From Raillietiella orientalis (Eukaryota), in NCBI GenBank assembly GCA_036172245.1, contig JAYWIR010000033.1, positions 992,001 to 1,056,000 on the forward strand: a stretch of DNA of 64,000 nt, read 5' to 3'. The notes beneath the pieces are model-generated. The model made no database searches. It was not told the DNA's origin and worked only from the letters and a program-made list of their open reading frames with translations. Shown here one piece after another: positions 1 to 18,329 of the stretch. Position 1 is the stretch's first letter; each line of letters begins with the position of its first letter. The position numbers were made by a program, and so were the translations under genes.

Positions 1-373
1 CAAATGTTGAAAGCTAATTGATAGGATATTTTTGATGGTCCCATGTGGTAGCAGGATGATGATTGGAATTGTGAAATCGAAAGAACATGATGTAGTTTGA
101 AGGGTGCTCTCTGTTTGGTTGAAATGATTTGTTTTTCATGTTTTCCTGTTGACATGATTTTCATGTAATTGCTGGGGGGTGATGACCATTGCTGTTTCTT
201 GGACTCATTAGCTTTCTGGTGGAATTGTACAATGCTTTGGAGTGTATGGAAACCTTGAAATTGGTTTCCCTTGTAGTGTTGAACATCTGGAATAGATGAT
301 GCATGAGTGTTCATTTGTTTGCCCTGGTTTCTTATGATGATCCGTTATTCAGAAATTGGCATCATTTCCCAAG

Positions 374-660
374 TCCAGTTGGCTGGGTATCATGCAGAGG
401 ATGATGAGATGAAGTTCCCAACATATGATGATTTGCCCATTCCATCAGGATCTTGGAAGGAGCACTATGAAGCGAGACAGAAAACTAATAACTTAATGCT
501 GGCTGGAGGAGCGAGTTTCTTCACATTCACCCTGTTAATGGTAAGTGGAGCAGAATCTCTGTCAGCTGTGCATGCTTTGTTGCAGTTTTTGTTTTCAGGA
601 ATCATGGATTTTGACTACTTGTTCTATCCCATAGATCCAGATGATCACTTTGAGACTTGA
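374..660 (+). CDS. 3' exons of a CG7630/prag01 (Deltameth_res domain) protein, probable cytochrome c oxidase subunit 7B-like; 5' exon(s) not identified
   Basis: Peptide YHAEDDEMKFPTYDDLPIPSGSWKEHYEARQKTNNLMLAGGASFFTFTLLM|FLFSGIMDFDYLFYPIDPDDHFET* has the DLP(I/V)PxGxWxExxxxxxxxxNxxLxxG plus transmembrane-helix pattern I recall for Drosophila CG7630. GT-AG intron at 541-585 (45 nt). The upstream acceptor is uncertain (AG ending 352, 373 or 378). Confidence 0.75.
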
Positions 661-732
661 ATGCATGCACAATTGTCTATGTAGAACGTTGAGTAAAGGC
701 TTTGGATTGAAAACACTCGAGATGCTATGTAT

Positions 733-2150
733 TCACCAAATAAATGGTTTTTGCATTAGGATTGAGAGGTCAAGTATGTTTGGTGTCTCCACCAGTGTAG
801 CACTATAGGATATAGTATGCTTTGTTATGTGAGGGTACTGAATTGTGAGGGATGGATGTGCTGTTTGATTTGGTTGAGGTGTGGTTAGTTGCTGCATTTG
901 TTCATGCAGTGTTGTCAGATGGGTGGAGAAGTGTGGTTGTATAGGAATTTGTTGCAGACGAGTGCATGTGGGTACAGTGTGGTTTTGTAAAGGATGAAGG
1001 GTGAACCATGATGGATGGAAGGAAGCATACCAGCAGCAGTGTTCTGAATCGTTTGAATGTTGATTGTGTAACACTCTTGCATTCTTACTCTTTTGCGGGA
1101 TGATGGTATGGATGGTTTGAAGCTATCATGTGATGCTGGCACACCAGCGTTTGGTTTCTCAGCTAAAGATTTCTCAGTTTCTCAGCAAAATGATGTTTTG
1201 TAATTTTGTTTCCTCCTTTGTACCTAGATCTTGTAACATGGGTGTTTGTTTTTTGGCACTTTGGCTTGATTGTGAAGCTTCTGAATGTGTTTGCAGGGTG
1301 TTCTTTCTGCTAGAAAAGCAGGAGGGAAGGTTGTGTTTGGTGCAAAGTTGACATCGGATGTCATCATCGGATCGCCTTTTCGAATTCTCCTTGAGGATGG
1401 TTGCACATGTGGTTTCATTGATAGAGGCTTGTTGATGTTGTGGAAGCCCCATCGGGGTTGCATGGGCACACATCTGCTAAGTCCAGGTGTCTTCGAAGAT
1501 GTCATTCACCGAGTTGTGGGTTCGGAGTTTTCCCAGGAAGCAGGAAGTCAGGTTGCTTGGCCAGTGCATTGGGCGCATAACAAAGGCCAGGGATTGAAAT
1601 GATACGGTGATGTCTTGGCAATTGGTGGAAGGAGCATGGGGTTTTTGTTTTTGTATGCAGGGACAGTTTTGATTCTTTGCAGTGGTCTTGGTGATTTCCC
1701 CGTGTGTTTGGTATGGAACAGCTGCAAGTGGTTGAGGCATGGAAAGTGGTGAAGGTGGTGTGCAGGAGATGATAGGATCGAGCCACGCCTTGCCTGATTG
1801 GTGAGCTGTGTGCCTACTGCATGTGTTGAGTTCGGGCTGAATGGGAGTGATGGAGAATGTGCACTTGGTGGTGTTGTTGGTTGGTGTGTTGGTCATGAGT
1901 GTGGAAGGTTGCTGGGTTGAGTGGTGTTTGGTTTGGATGACCGTTTTGCAGGTGTTTTTGTGGTGGAAGGGGTTGGTCGCACAAGTGGCAATCAGTATCT
2001 TGGTAGTTGCAATTGGTATCCTTTTCTTTTTTGGCAAACTTTGGGAGGCTAGATTATATGCACTTTGGGGAATTGATTGCAGTATTGAGGCGTCGAAGGT
2101 TTCTATCTTCCTTTGAGGAATGAGCAGGGAATGTGCTCTTTGGTTCAAGG
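733..2150 (-). mobile_element. Decayed non-LTR retrotransposon (RT-region relic)
   Basis: Minus-strand INKPLSMKPHVQPSSRRIRKGDPMM (~1370-1440) resembles the INGxxSxxFxxxRGIRQGDPLS RT motif. Fragmented frames, strong strand skew and visible TpG/CpA excess. Confidence 0.45.
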
Positions 2151-2449
2151 CTGCTGGCTGAGAAATATAGAGAATGGAATATGGGTTGACAAAGTTGCAA
2201 AAAGTTGGGTATGCTTTTCTCTAATGTTCCTATTGTCTTGTAGTCTTTCTTATCCTCTTTCTTTCATTTGTTGCCAGAGGAAGATCGTGGTTTTTGCCAT
2301 TCTCCGGATGATTATTGTGGAGCCTGAGTGCGGTTTTGCCTGTTGCAAAGAACCTTAGACAGCACTATGGGATGTAGAAAAGACTCCTTTTTGTTTTACG
2401 GTAGATTTGCAAAGAGTCGCACTGTTGTTTCTTGCGGGCCTCTTCATCG

Positions 2450-5197
2450 TTCGTAATCTTTAAGGAGTCAGAACCGTCTGGATAAAAAGGATACTTTTTC
2501 TGTTTTTAACTGAGCCGTCGCAGCGAAAAAATCAAAAGAAAGAGAACTCGAGGTGTGTCGTAGCTTCGGGGACTCTCCAGTAGATGGTTCTGCTGTAGCT
2601 GCCTTCTTGCTTCTCGATCCCTTTTCTTGTCCTTCTCGATGGTCGGCGATCCCTTTCCAAATCCTCCAGGTCAACAGCTTTCAGCGTGGTCAGCGAGGGA
2701 CGTTGGAGGAGGATGCACAGAGTCTTCACTTTCAGAGAGCGTTGTGTCCACTCTTACTCCTTCCAGAGACTGGCTTTCGCCTCCTTCCCACGAAGGGATG
2801 CACAGCCATTCTTGTTGCCCTGCTTGTTTCGCATCCGTTGAATGCTGAAGTGCTAAGGTTCCTGCATGAACCTCTGTCCATCTCTGATCCCCGATACCAT
2901 CATGGAGTGAGCGAAAGAGACGGTTTGGAAGAGCCAAGAAAAGAAGGGGAGAAAGGAGAACTGAACCAAGGGGTCTCAAATAAAGATCTTTGCATGCATC
3001 TTTTGCTCTCACTCGAGAGCGTGCATGTAGATACAGACGACGGCGTCACATCAGTATGTCAACTTCGCCCCACGTACCGAACGCCTCCGGCCTCTTCAAA
3101 GTTCAGGGCGTTCTATTCGTTCGCTCCCTTCAGGGAGGTCATCAGTCTCAGGGGGAAGCTGTGAATGAAGCCACTGATGGATGAAGCTGAGAAGCTTCAT
3201 CTTCTACTTCATACTCCGCTGAGGTAGGGGCGTGGATCCTGGGCGTATCGGAAGAAACACCGGTGCTGGTTCCACAGTCAGACCTCCAGGTGCAGTTTTC
3301 TGGACGCCACGCAGATGCTCCTGCACGGGGACGAACGTCTATCAGGTTGCATTTTCATCCAGCTACACCAGAGCGTTTACTTCATAACAATAAACACGCG
3401 GAGAAATTAGGAACCCGGTTACCGGGGAAACAAGTTCGCAGGAAGGCATCTCCGACACGCAGCTTGGTCTCAAGGAGATCGGAACGGAAGGGAAGAGGAT
3501 GATAAATAAAAAAGATAGGGAGCGCAGGGACTAGGACTTTCGGTATGGGCCATTGCTTCCTTCCTGGAACCGGCCCAAGAGTGCAGATCTCCCTGGAAAC
3601 ATCGTTCAGATAGGGCCGCCTCGCTGCATCCCCCCCCTTCCGCCCCACGAGGGTAGCTGCCGTGCGGGTGGCCTCCCGTCGCTACGCCCGAAGCTCCAAC
3701 GCATATTGGGTCGCCGCCACGGTGGCGCGAACGCGAAAGCAACGCGGCGATCGGGGCGCCGCACGCAAGTCCGCCGTCGCGGCAGCGCCGAAGTCTGTGG
3801 TGGTGTCCTGCCGGCGAAGCAGCGGTGATGCCATCCTCCGCCACGGTTTCCTGGAGGGCGCCGCAGTGTACCTACGGGGATACAGGAACGATACCTGTAC
3901 CCGGAACCGCTCGGGGATCCTCTTCCCCAAACACCTCACCTCAGCACAGTCCAAGTACTGTGGTCGTTTCCTAGCACGCCGAGCATGGCTCACCTTACTT
4001 TACGTCATCAACATCGAAGCAATAAGTATAGATCATAAGAAAATGTCAATTGAATTTCTGCCAAATTCTCCATCATGCGCCCACCTCACGCTCCCTCACG
4101 TTCCTCACTCTTACTGGTTGTCCTGGTGCAGGACCACGCCCGAATCTCCTGCTCGCCCACGAAATCCGTAGTGTCTGGAAACAGGAAACAATTCGAACGT
4201 GAGCGAAGGTTAACGCCACGGGCCCGGAGCGATTGCACGCAGCGCTTGCGAGACTCCTGTTCACTCGCTGCCCACTGCAGACCATCGAAAGACCCCGGAT
4301 GGGTTGAAGGAACCCCACTCGCCATAGTACTATCCTCCCTCCGAGGAAGCAGCGACAGTACGGCAAGTTGGTAGGTTTCCTGTGAGATCTCAAGACGAAA
4401 CAGAATGCTAGGTTGTTGGACGGCTCGTCAGCTGGCTGACGCTTCAACCCCCGCTACCTACTCGAAAGATCTTCCCCGCGGTGTTTCTGGACAGCTGTGT
4501 GCTTCTCCCGAAGTGGCAAGACTCGGTATTGAAACTGTTGCATTGGTCCCTACTTTGCAACGAGCGCCATTACCGCTGGACCAGGGAAAGTGCGACTCCG
4601 GCCCGTGCCCGGTGCGGTGAGAGGGAAACTTTCCCAAAGCCACATACCGAGTGTGTTGCCCTCCAGAGTATGTGGGAACGTTTGGCCGCGTCCCTGAACT
4701 CCTCAGGAGACAACCCGAAAGGCCTGCCGGAACTCCTCTTCACTGGCTGCAAGAAGCTACGCCGAAAGCGTCTTCACAAAGCAAGGAGGTTATTTCCCAT
4801 CGGCTTCTCTTTCCTCGGGACCTCAGAATGAGATGAGATGGCTGCACATCGTGAGTCTGGAGAAGGAACTTGCCGGTATCCTGGAAAAGATTCCGAGGAC
4901 ACCAAGGAGGTCAATGTGATCCCTTCCCTTGCCTCCAACCTTCTAAACAAGGAATTTTTTTGTTGTTGTCTATTTTGTTTCTTGTTCACTCCTCCCCTTT
5001 AATTTTCTTTGTGTGGACCTTTGTCAGCAACTGCTCGCGAGCAGTATTCGCCTCCGGCACTGTTCCCGAGACCGTCGGATGTGCATGCAGTTCCACGACT
5101 TTTCTTTGTATGTACGCTTGACACTTGATGTTTCAATGTGCCTTATTTATTTTTCTTTTTTTCCGATATAAACGTCCCGGCGTATCCGAGTGACAAC
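2450..5197 (+). mobile_element. Decayed L1/Tx1-like LINE: RT remnant, C-terminal zinc-binding region and 3' UTR
   Basis: Remnant motifs in the expected order: TAFSVVS (~KAFDxV, ~2675), DTDD (~YADD, ~3030), WILGV (~3235), LPPHEG..GLPSL (~GGLGLPxL, ~3640), RMLGCWTARQLADASTP, LLHWSLLCNERHYRW..ARCGERETFPKPHTECVAL, terminal KELAGILEKIPRTPRRSM* (TGA 4917-4919), T-rich 3' UTR and end motif 5170-5197. 5' boundary approximate. Confidence 0.7.
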
Positions 5198-6084
5198 TTA
5201 CTTTTCTAACTCCTACTCACTGAAACGCTATTTCACGCAATCCATTATTAATGGAGTATGAGTACAATACCTTAAAAATCAATCCAGACGTAGTATCGAA
5301 ACCCTAGAATGGCCATCCCCAAGCTCAAAAATTTTCCCATCACCTTACATTCACAAAAAAGACTAGCTCATCCTCATTTTTTCATTGATTAATAACTATA
5401 AACATCAATTTGTATACATCTATAACATTTACTGGCGATATGCTGATGTATTAATTTGCCAGCATATCACCAGTGAATAGAAATTGGCTCTAGTTTCTAC
5501 ATATAGCATCGATTCTAGTTAGTTCATTAACATCCAAGCAATAGATGCCAGTTTTCAATCCATTCTACCCTGACACACGCAAAAAGAATACCTAGTACTC
5601 CTACTCTACTTACCACCTCTTATTCAGTACTATTCCTTATCACCGTTGAATCAATCTACTACAAATAACTGCATACTCAGCACAGCAACAGTCCATGATT
5701 ATCAATATCAAGACAGTTCTCCGTCTTGCAAATCTCACCCCCTTGTCTGCTCACACACTCCTGCACATCTACGATGCTACGACTGATCTAATCTGATAAC
5801 AGAGATGAGAGATGGTACTCGATGACTTCACTATTCATTCCAGGGCTCCCTTGGGAGCCATTGCTCTCGGGTCCCTATGGATCCAGAGAGATCAAGACTC
5901 GTGAAGAGCCAAAGGCGAGCCTGAGATACACTATAGGGCAAGAACCAGTTCGTTTTATCTGGAAAACTGACTCGAATCTTTCGAAGGGACAGCAGGCGAT
6001 CACGATGGAGAGTGATTTGACCCTTCTTTTAAAGTATGGGGGTGCGCCCTAGCTTCGAGGCGAGTCGTGAGATCAGCTGATTGC

Positions 6085-6633
6085 AGCATATCATTTCCCG
6101 AGTGGCTAACGGATGTGTTGCCCTCCGGTCACTTTGGGGACGCTTTGGTGCGACCCTTAAGAACCCTGGCGGCAACCCCAGAGATGTGATGCGGCTCCTC
6201 TTTGTAAGGGACGCCCTACAGCAGCACTGTGCTGCTTCCGTGAGATTGTGGCGACGTGGAGCGACGCCAACGACAGGAGTACCACATCCACTTCGCTCTT
6301 CGCTTTCTATGGATAGCGGTCAGACGGTCCCACCTGGACGTCAGTATCAAGCAAGACATTGCCGGCATCCTCCAAAGTATGCAGAGGACCTCCCCTAGCA
6401 CACTGTGATCCCTCCTCGTCCCCCCTCAAAAGAAAAAATTGCTTTCTTTTTATTTTGTTTATTTTTCTTGTTCGTCCCCTCCCCTCTGCTGCTTTGGTGG
6501 ACCTCACCGGTCTGCGAACCGGTAAAACGGCAGGGTATATACAAAAAGGAGGTGGTTGGACCAGTGGTCCATCCTCACAAACTGTGAATATTTTTCTTTT
6601 TAAGCAAACACCCCGGCGAACCCGGGTGAAAAC
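6085..6633 (+). mobile_element. 5'-truncated 3' fragment of the same LINE family
   Basis: CVALRSLWGRFGATLKNPGGNPRDVMRLLFVRDALQ matches the 18.6-18.8 kb copy (CVALRPLW...PRDVFRLLFVRDALQ). DIAGILQSMQRTSPSTL* (TGA 6406-6408) and end motif at 6606-6633. Confidence 0.75.
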
Positions 6634-9125
6634 TTCCCCCGTGGCTTCTGCGCCGCTTCCTTACCCTGGTTGAGAAAATCGCCGTTCCTCCTGACGACGA
6701 AACCAGAGTGTCTCACGAGATGGTTAGGCACATGCTGTGCCGCCGCATCCCACACTATCCACCTCTTTTACGTAGGGTTCGCATCTTTGTGCACAGGTAC
6801 TCCCCACGTAGGTAGGAAGTTGAGGAGAGTAATGTTGATGAACGTCCCGAGTCTTTACAAGAAATGCCTCCAGGACTTGATGCAAAGTACTGCTGTTGCA
6901 TGTATGACAACAGATGGTTTTCGATGGCCTTAGGGTCTCGGATGATAAATGCTTTCCGAGTGAACTCCAAGCACTTCCTCCGCAGTGGCATCAGGGAAAC
7001 TCCACACACCAAAGCTCGGCCATCCATCAACTTGTTTTCAGGCTTCTTGGAGAGGAAGAGAATAGAGTAGCATAAGAAATTTAAACCGTTACATTTTTCC
7101 TGCTCACGCCAAATGCCACAAACGCTCTTTTGCAGCAAATGGTGTTTTGGAACGTACGATCGAACTCTATTATCACATTTTTGGATGGAGAACTCTGAAC
7201 AGCAACTTTCTGTGAGGAAGAACAAGAAATTCGATACGTATTTGACACGCAGCCTAGCTCAGAAACTAAATCGCCCAGATGGATAAGTTAAAAACGATTT
7301 CAGCACTTTAGAAGCCGCGATAAGCAGCGTATTTCGACTGAATGTTTTTTTCTCAAAAAAAAAAAAAAAACACTGAGAGGAGCATTTTAATCAAAGAAGT
7401 TTCTATCTGATCAATCAATCATGACTCGGTTCATCAAAGTTCCTGATTCAGCTATGAAGTTCTGTTTCTTGCAGTATGTAAATGACATTTTGCATAATGT
7501 TTTTAATATCCAGAAAAACACATACACATACACACACAGAATTTTAGGATTGTTCCATGTTCTAGTCCTACCACTGAGGATCAAGTCCTTGTTGATGCCA
7601 CCTACACTTAAAGTTTTTGATTAGTCATCGACTACACCTCTCCATTGCAACGAAAGGTCCTCACATGGAAGCAGGATGGAAAAAGAACTTTTTCTGAATT
7701 CATCAAGGCAGCAGAATTCTCAGATTACTTTTGTTTGATATTGCTCAAACTAGATCATAGATCGTATGCACACTATATACTTTGTATGGTTGACTATATT
7801 AAGTTTTATCTTTGTCAACTGCTTCTCAGGATTTAATCTCATCAGTTATTTCGAAACTAGGTCTCACCTGCCATGTTCTTGGAGCCTTCGATACTTGTTC
7901 ATTACTTTTCTGCCATGGAGAACCATGAAATCGCACTCGTAGACCTCGAGTTCGAACCATCTAAATTCAAAGCTTTGACTGCGGATTTAAATTTCCTTTC
8001 TGCCTCTGGTACCTGAGGAAAAGAAAATGCTGCCCAAAAGGAACGATTAAGGTTGGTGGGGTAGTTGCGAGCAATGATTACAGAATTTCATAACCACTGA
8101 TTTAAAATTCAGAGTACTTAGAATTTTCGGATTCCCAGAGTCTGAGATATAAACCCATCAAAGAACAATCACTAAGATAATTTATCTTGAAGTGGAACTG
8201 CAATTTTGGAACTGCAGCTGAATTCTCAAATACACATTTGTCATGATGGCCATCGAAGTTATTGCGAATGGGCAAATTCTTTTCGTGTTCTGCGTATTAC
8301 TGCATCAGTTTTAGAATTATCGAATGTACTACCATTATCATCCTTACACACCTTAGATAATTTTGTCCATAACTTTGACATTGTGTCATTCGTAAATATC
8401 ACAATCAGCTTTATAATATTCAATAATTTATTTGTTTATCACAATTTGTTAATAAAGATTTTTGTGGGGACGATATATTTTTATCTCAAATATAGCTTAC
8501 TATAAAATCTAGAATATAGAAATTTGGAGTACCCATGCTAAGGGTTTCATGAGCTATTTGTAAAACTGCCAAGTACAAATAATTTTGAAGCATCTTCTCT
8601 TTGCATGCTTTCACAGTAGATCTGTTTCCAGCAACCAATGCACAAGTTTCCTAACTACATAGAAATAATTGCTTTGATGGACACAGTTCTTCAATTCTCT
8701 CATTTACTAAGAATGCACACCCTCCTCTTCGAAGCTGGATTTATATTCCTATTCTCAGTTCCACATTTATTTTCCACTGTTTCCAGGATCCACTACACAG
8801 CTTTGTTTGCATTAATCATGGAAAGAATTGTTGACTTTTCGTTGGATTGCCATCTATCAGAAAAAGAATGAGAATTATACATATTTGGACAGAAGAATCA
8901 AAAACACTTATTCCAGTTCTTCCATTCAGTTGCCACGAACTGGGTGAATTGATTCATGGAAGGTGAAATTCATTTCATCTGGGTTACGCAATTGTGGTTA
9001 CATTCCCTTGCCATTGCTTATATCTTATGACAGGTAGTTTATAAATTTGAGCATGCAAATCAAGTCATAAAATGAAAATTATATGATATTACTGTGCAAA
9101 AGAGAAGGAAGATTTCTTAATCGGG

Positions 9126-9158
9126 ATATTGATTGGTAAATTATATTGATTGGTAAAT
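9126..9158. repeat. Tandem 16-bp duplication ATATTGATTGGTAAAT (two reverse CCAAT boxes) upstream of ZFR
   Basis: Exact copies at 9126-9141 and 9143-9158. A regulatory role is inference only. Confidence 0.6.
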
Positions 9159-9552
9159 ATATAGGTCATTGAAGTTTTTTATAGTGATAATTATAATCCC
9201 ACTATCGAATTTCTCATGATCATACTCATCTCAGTTTTTTTGTTTTCCGAACATACTGATGAATGGGAACTGAATTTTTATTTATCAATAGAACTTACTT
9301 CATCTCTATTGAAAAAGAGCTATTGTTTAGTTCTTCGTTAGGTCTCCAACTTATCCAAAGTTATTGTTAGAAATAAATTATCAAAAAATATTCGAATCAA
9401 TGTTATCATCAATTCTAAAAATGGGAAATTAACCTGTTTAGGAAATGGAATAACCATTAGTAATACGACGCGCACAAGATTTTCCAATAGTGGATACGAA
9501 CTCGGTAAGCTTGTAAGTGTTTGTTGAACTTCCTCCTTGTTAGCTTCGGCAA

Positions 9553-16378
<6,826 letters not shown>

Positions 16379-16517
16379 TTATACAGTTATGTTCTAATGA
16401 ATTGAGATTTATCTTGTGTTTCTATTCTTCACACCAGATGCTTTTGTCACAGTGGTTAACTATCAAGTCTTAGATATTCAGAGGTTATCAAGTTGAACGT
16501 ACATAGTTGCATTAGCA

Positions 16518-16523
16518 AATAAA
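16518..16523 (+). promoter_or_regulatory. Probable ZFR polyadenylation signal
   Basis: AATAAA 140 nt after the stop codon with a T-rich tract downstream. A second AATAAA lies at 16614-16619. Confidence 0.6.
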
Positions 16524-16619
16524 GCATCATAAAGTGCCACTCGAGTTTTATTTAGGATTGCACCATGTATAGACCCTTGAAAATGTATGCGCGTTTTTCG
16601 TTTTGATGTTTTCAATAAA

Positions 16620-17230
16620 TGCTCTTTCCTAAGTTTGCTCCACGGTGTCGATTATTTCTCCAGATCCGCTTCGAGCTGGAACGGATCGTTCCTCCCGTCT
16701 GTTTTCCACGCACGCACTCCTCCGTTCTTTGGGGAGCCACGTGCAGGTGGCGATGCTGGTTTCAACGCTCCAGAGTGACGGAAGGAATGATCGACCCGAT
16801 GCCGGGGGCGTCAGTCACCCAGCGAGGAGGAGCGACCTCCGGGAATTTCCTTCAGCCGGCTGCTACCTGGAATCCGTGTTTGGTGGCGGAAGTGGGCACG
16901 GAGACGTGGTGAGTTGAGTGGCGAATGGCTCTGCGGCGGCCGGATGTAGTTTGAAAACCGTGCTGCGCTTGAGCTCCTTGCCACTCTGACCACCTTCGCC
17001 CGTGGCGTCGCTGTCTCGCGCTCAGGTTGCGAGAGCCGGTTGAACGAGGTGGTGATGGTGGTCCACTGCCATACCGAGGTTCGCGGAGTAGCTGAAGTCT
17101 GCGATTTCACACCGACCTTGGTGTACAGCAATGCTCTGCCCGTAGTCATACGCGACACGAACAGGCAGCATTCCTGAGTGGTCACTTCGACGAGCATAGC
17201 TGATCCGCATTTTCCGGTACACTAGGAAGG
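16620..17230 (-). mobile_element. Decayed LINE fragment (post-RT region)
   Basis: RMTTGRALLYTKV resembles the L1/Tx1 LSxxGRxxLxxxV motif. QLEADLEKI parallels QLKFDPEKI in the 19.8-kb copy. Confidence 0.45.
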
Positions 17231-18329
17231 TATATTGCGAAAGGGAAAAAAAAAGCAAACTGGTCACTCACGCTGGCTCCAAGAACTATTTCCGAAAGAA
17301 ACTTTGAAACGGGGATTTGTGATTGGATGGAGCGAATCTTCAGTTGTAGAAAGGATGAGCACCGGCAGCAGAATTACGGGTGAAGGAATCCTTTTGGTTG
17401 GAATCTTGTGCAACAGCGGTCGGGTTACCGGAGAGTGAGTGGTAGACCGGTTTACGCACAGAGTAGTGAAAAACCACCGCCTCGTTTCCGTGGGACTCAC
17501 AATTCATTCAGGGAGCATTGAACATGACCGAAATTCGGGTTTCGGCTTCAAAGTCCGACGCGCAGGGCCCAAGCAAACCGCAACTCAACGAGGCTTACCG
17601 AAAAAAGAAGCGTAGAATCTTTCACCAGGGCAACCGATCAGCTCTCAGATCAGCTTTCTTCGGGATGAGGACATTTTATTTTGGTGTAACCTCGTGCTCG
17701 TGTAGAGAGACTGCTGATTTCAACCGACAAGTAGCTTATTGGACCAAATTTCTCAAGTTGCAATGAGATCGCTTGTTATACGGGTCCGTTCGACATTACC
17801 TGTAAAGGAATTCGAAAAGTAGCCCCAGGGAGAAAGTTAAACGGCGAGTCCCAAATCTATTAATAAATGGAGTCAACAGAAACCAAAGGTGTTCGCAACT
17901 ATAATCTGCGTGCGGTATGTGTAAGATGGTCTGTGGATTCGAAATTTTTTGAAGGACGACGACCCACTGAATCCACTCCTTGAATCCGATGCTACTTGAA
18001 AGGCAGAAACGTTCTTCCAAAAGCTTCACTGGCAACACCCCCTCGCACCACTGTAGCCGCTCTTTTTCCCAGTAGCTCAATGCATTCGGGAAAGAATCAG
18101 CGATAGGATGCACTGGTCACCCGAAGGGCGTTGGCTACGAAGTGAACAATTCCTGGAAAGGAAGAGCTGGAAATTTTTTTTAAAAAGAGTCAAAACCCAA
18201 AGAGGGTGAGTCTGCGCCTGTGATCTCGGAATTCATGAGAATAAAATCACAGGCCGGACGTGCTGATTCCACAGGAGATACCCAGAGTCTTCGCGGATAT
18301 AATCTGCACGATGGAATAAACCTCAAGAG

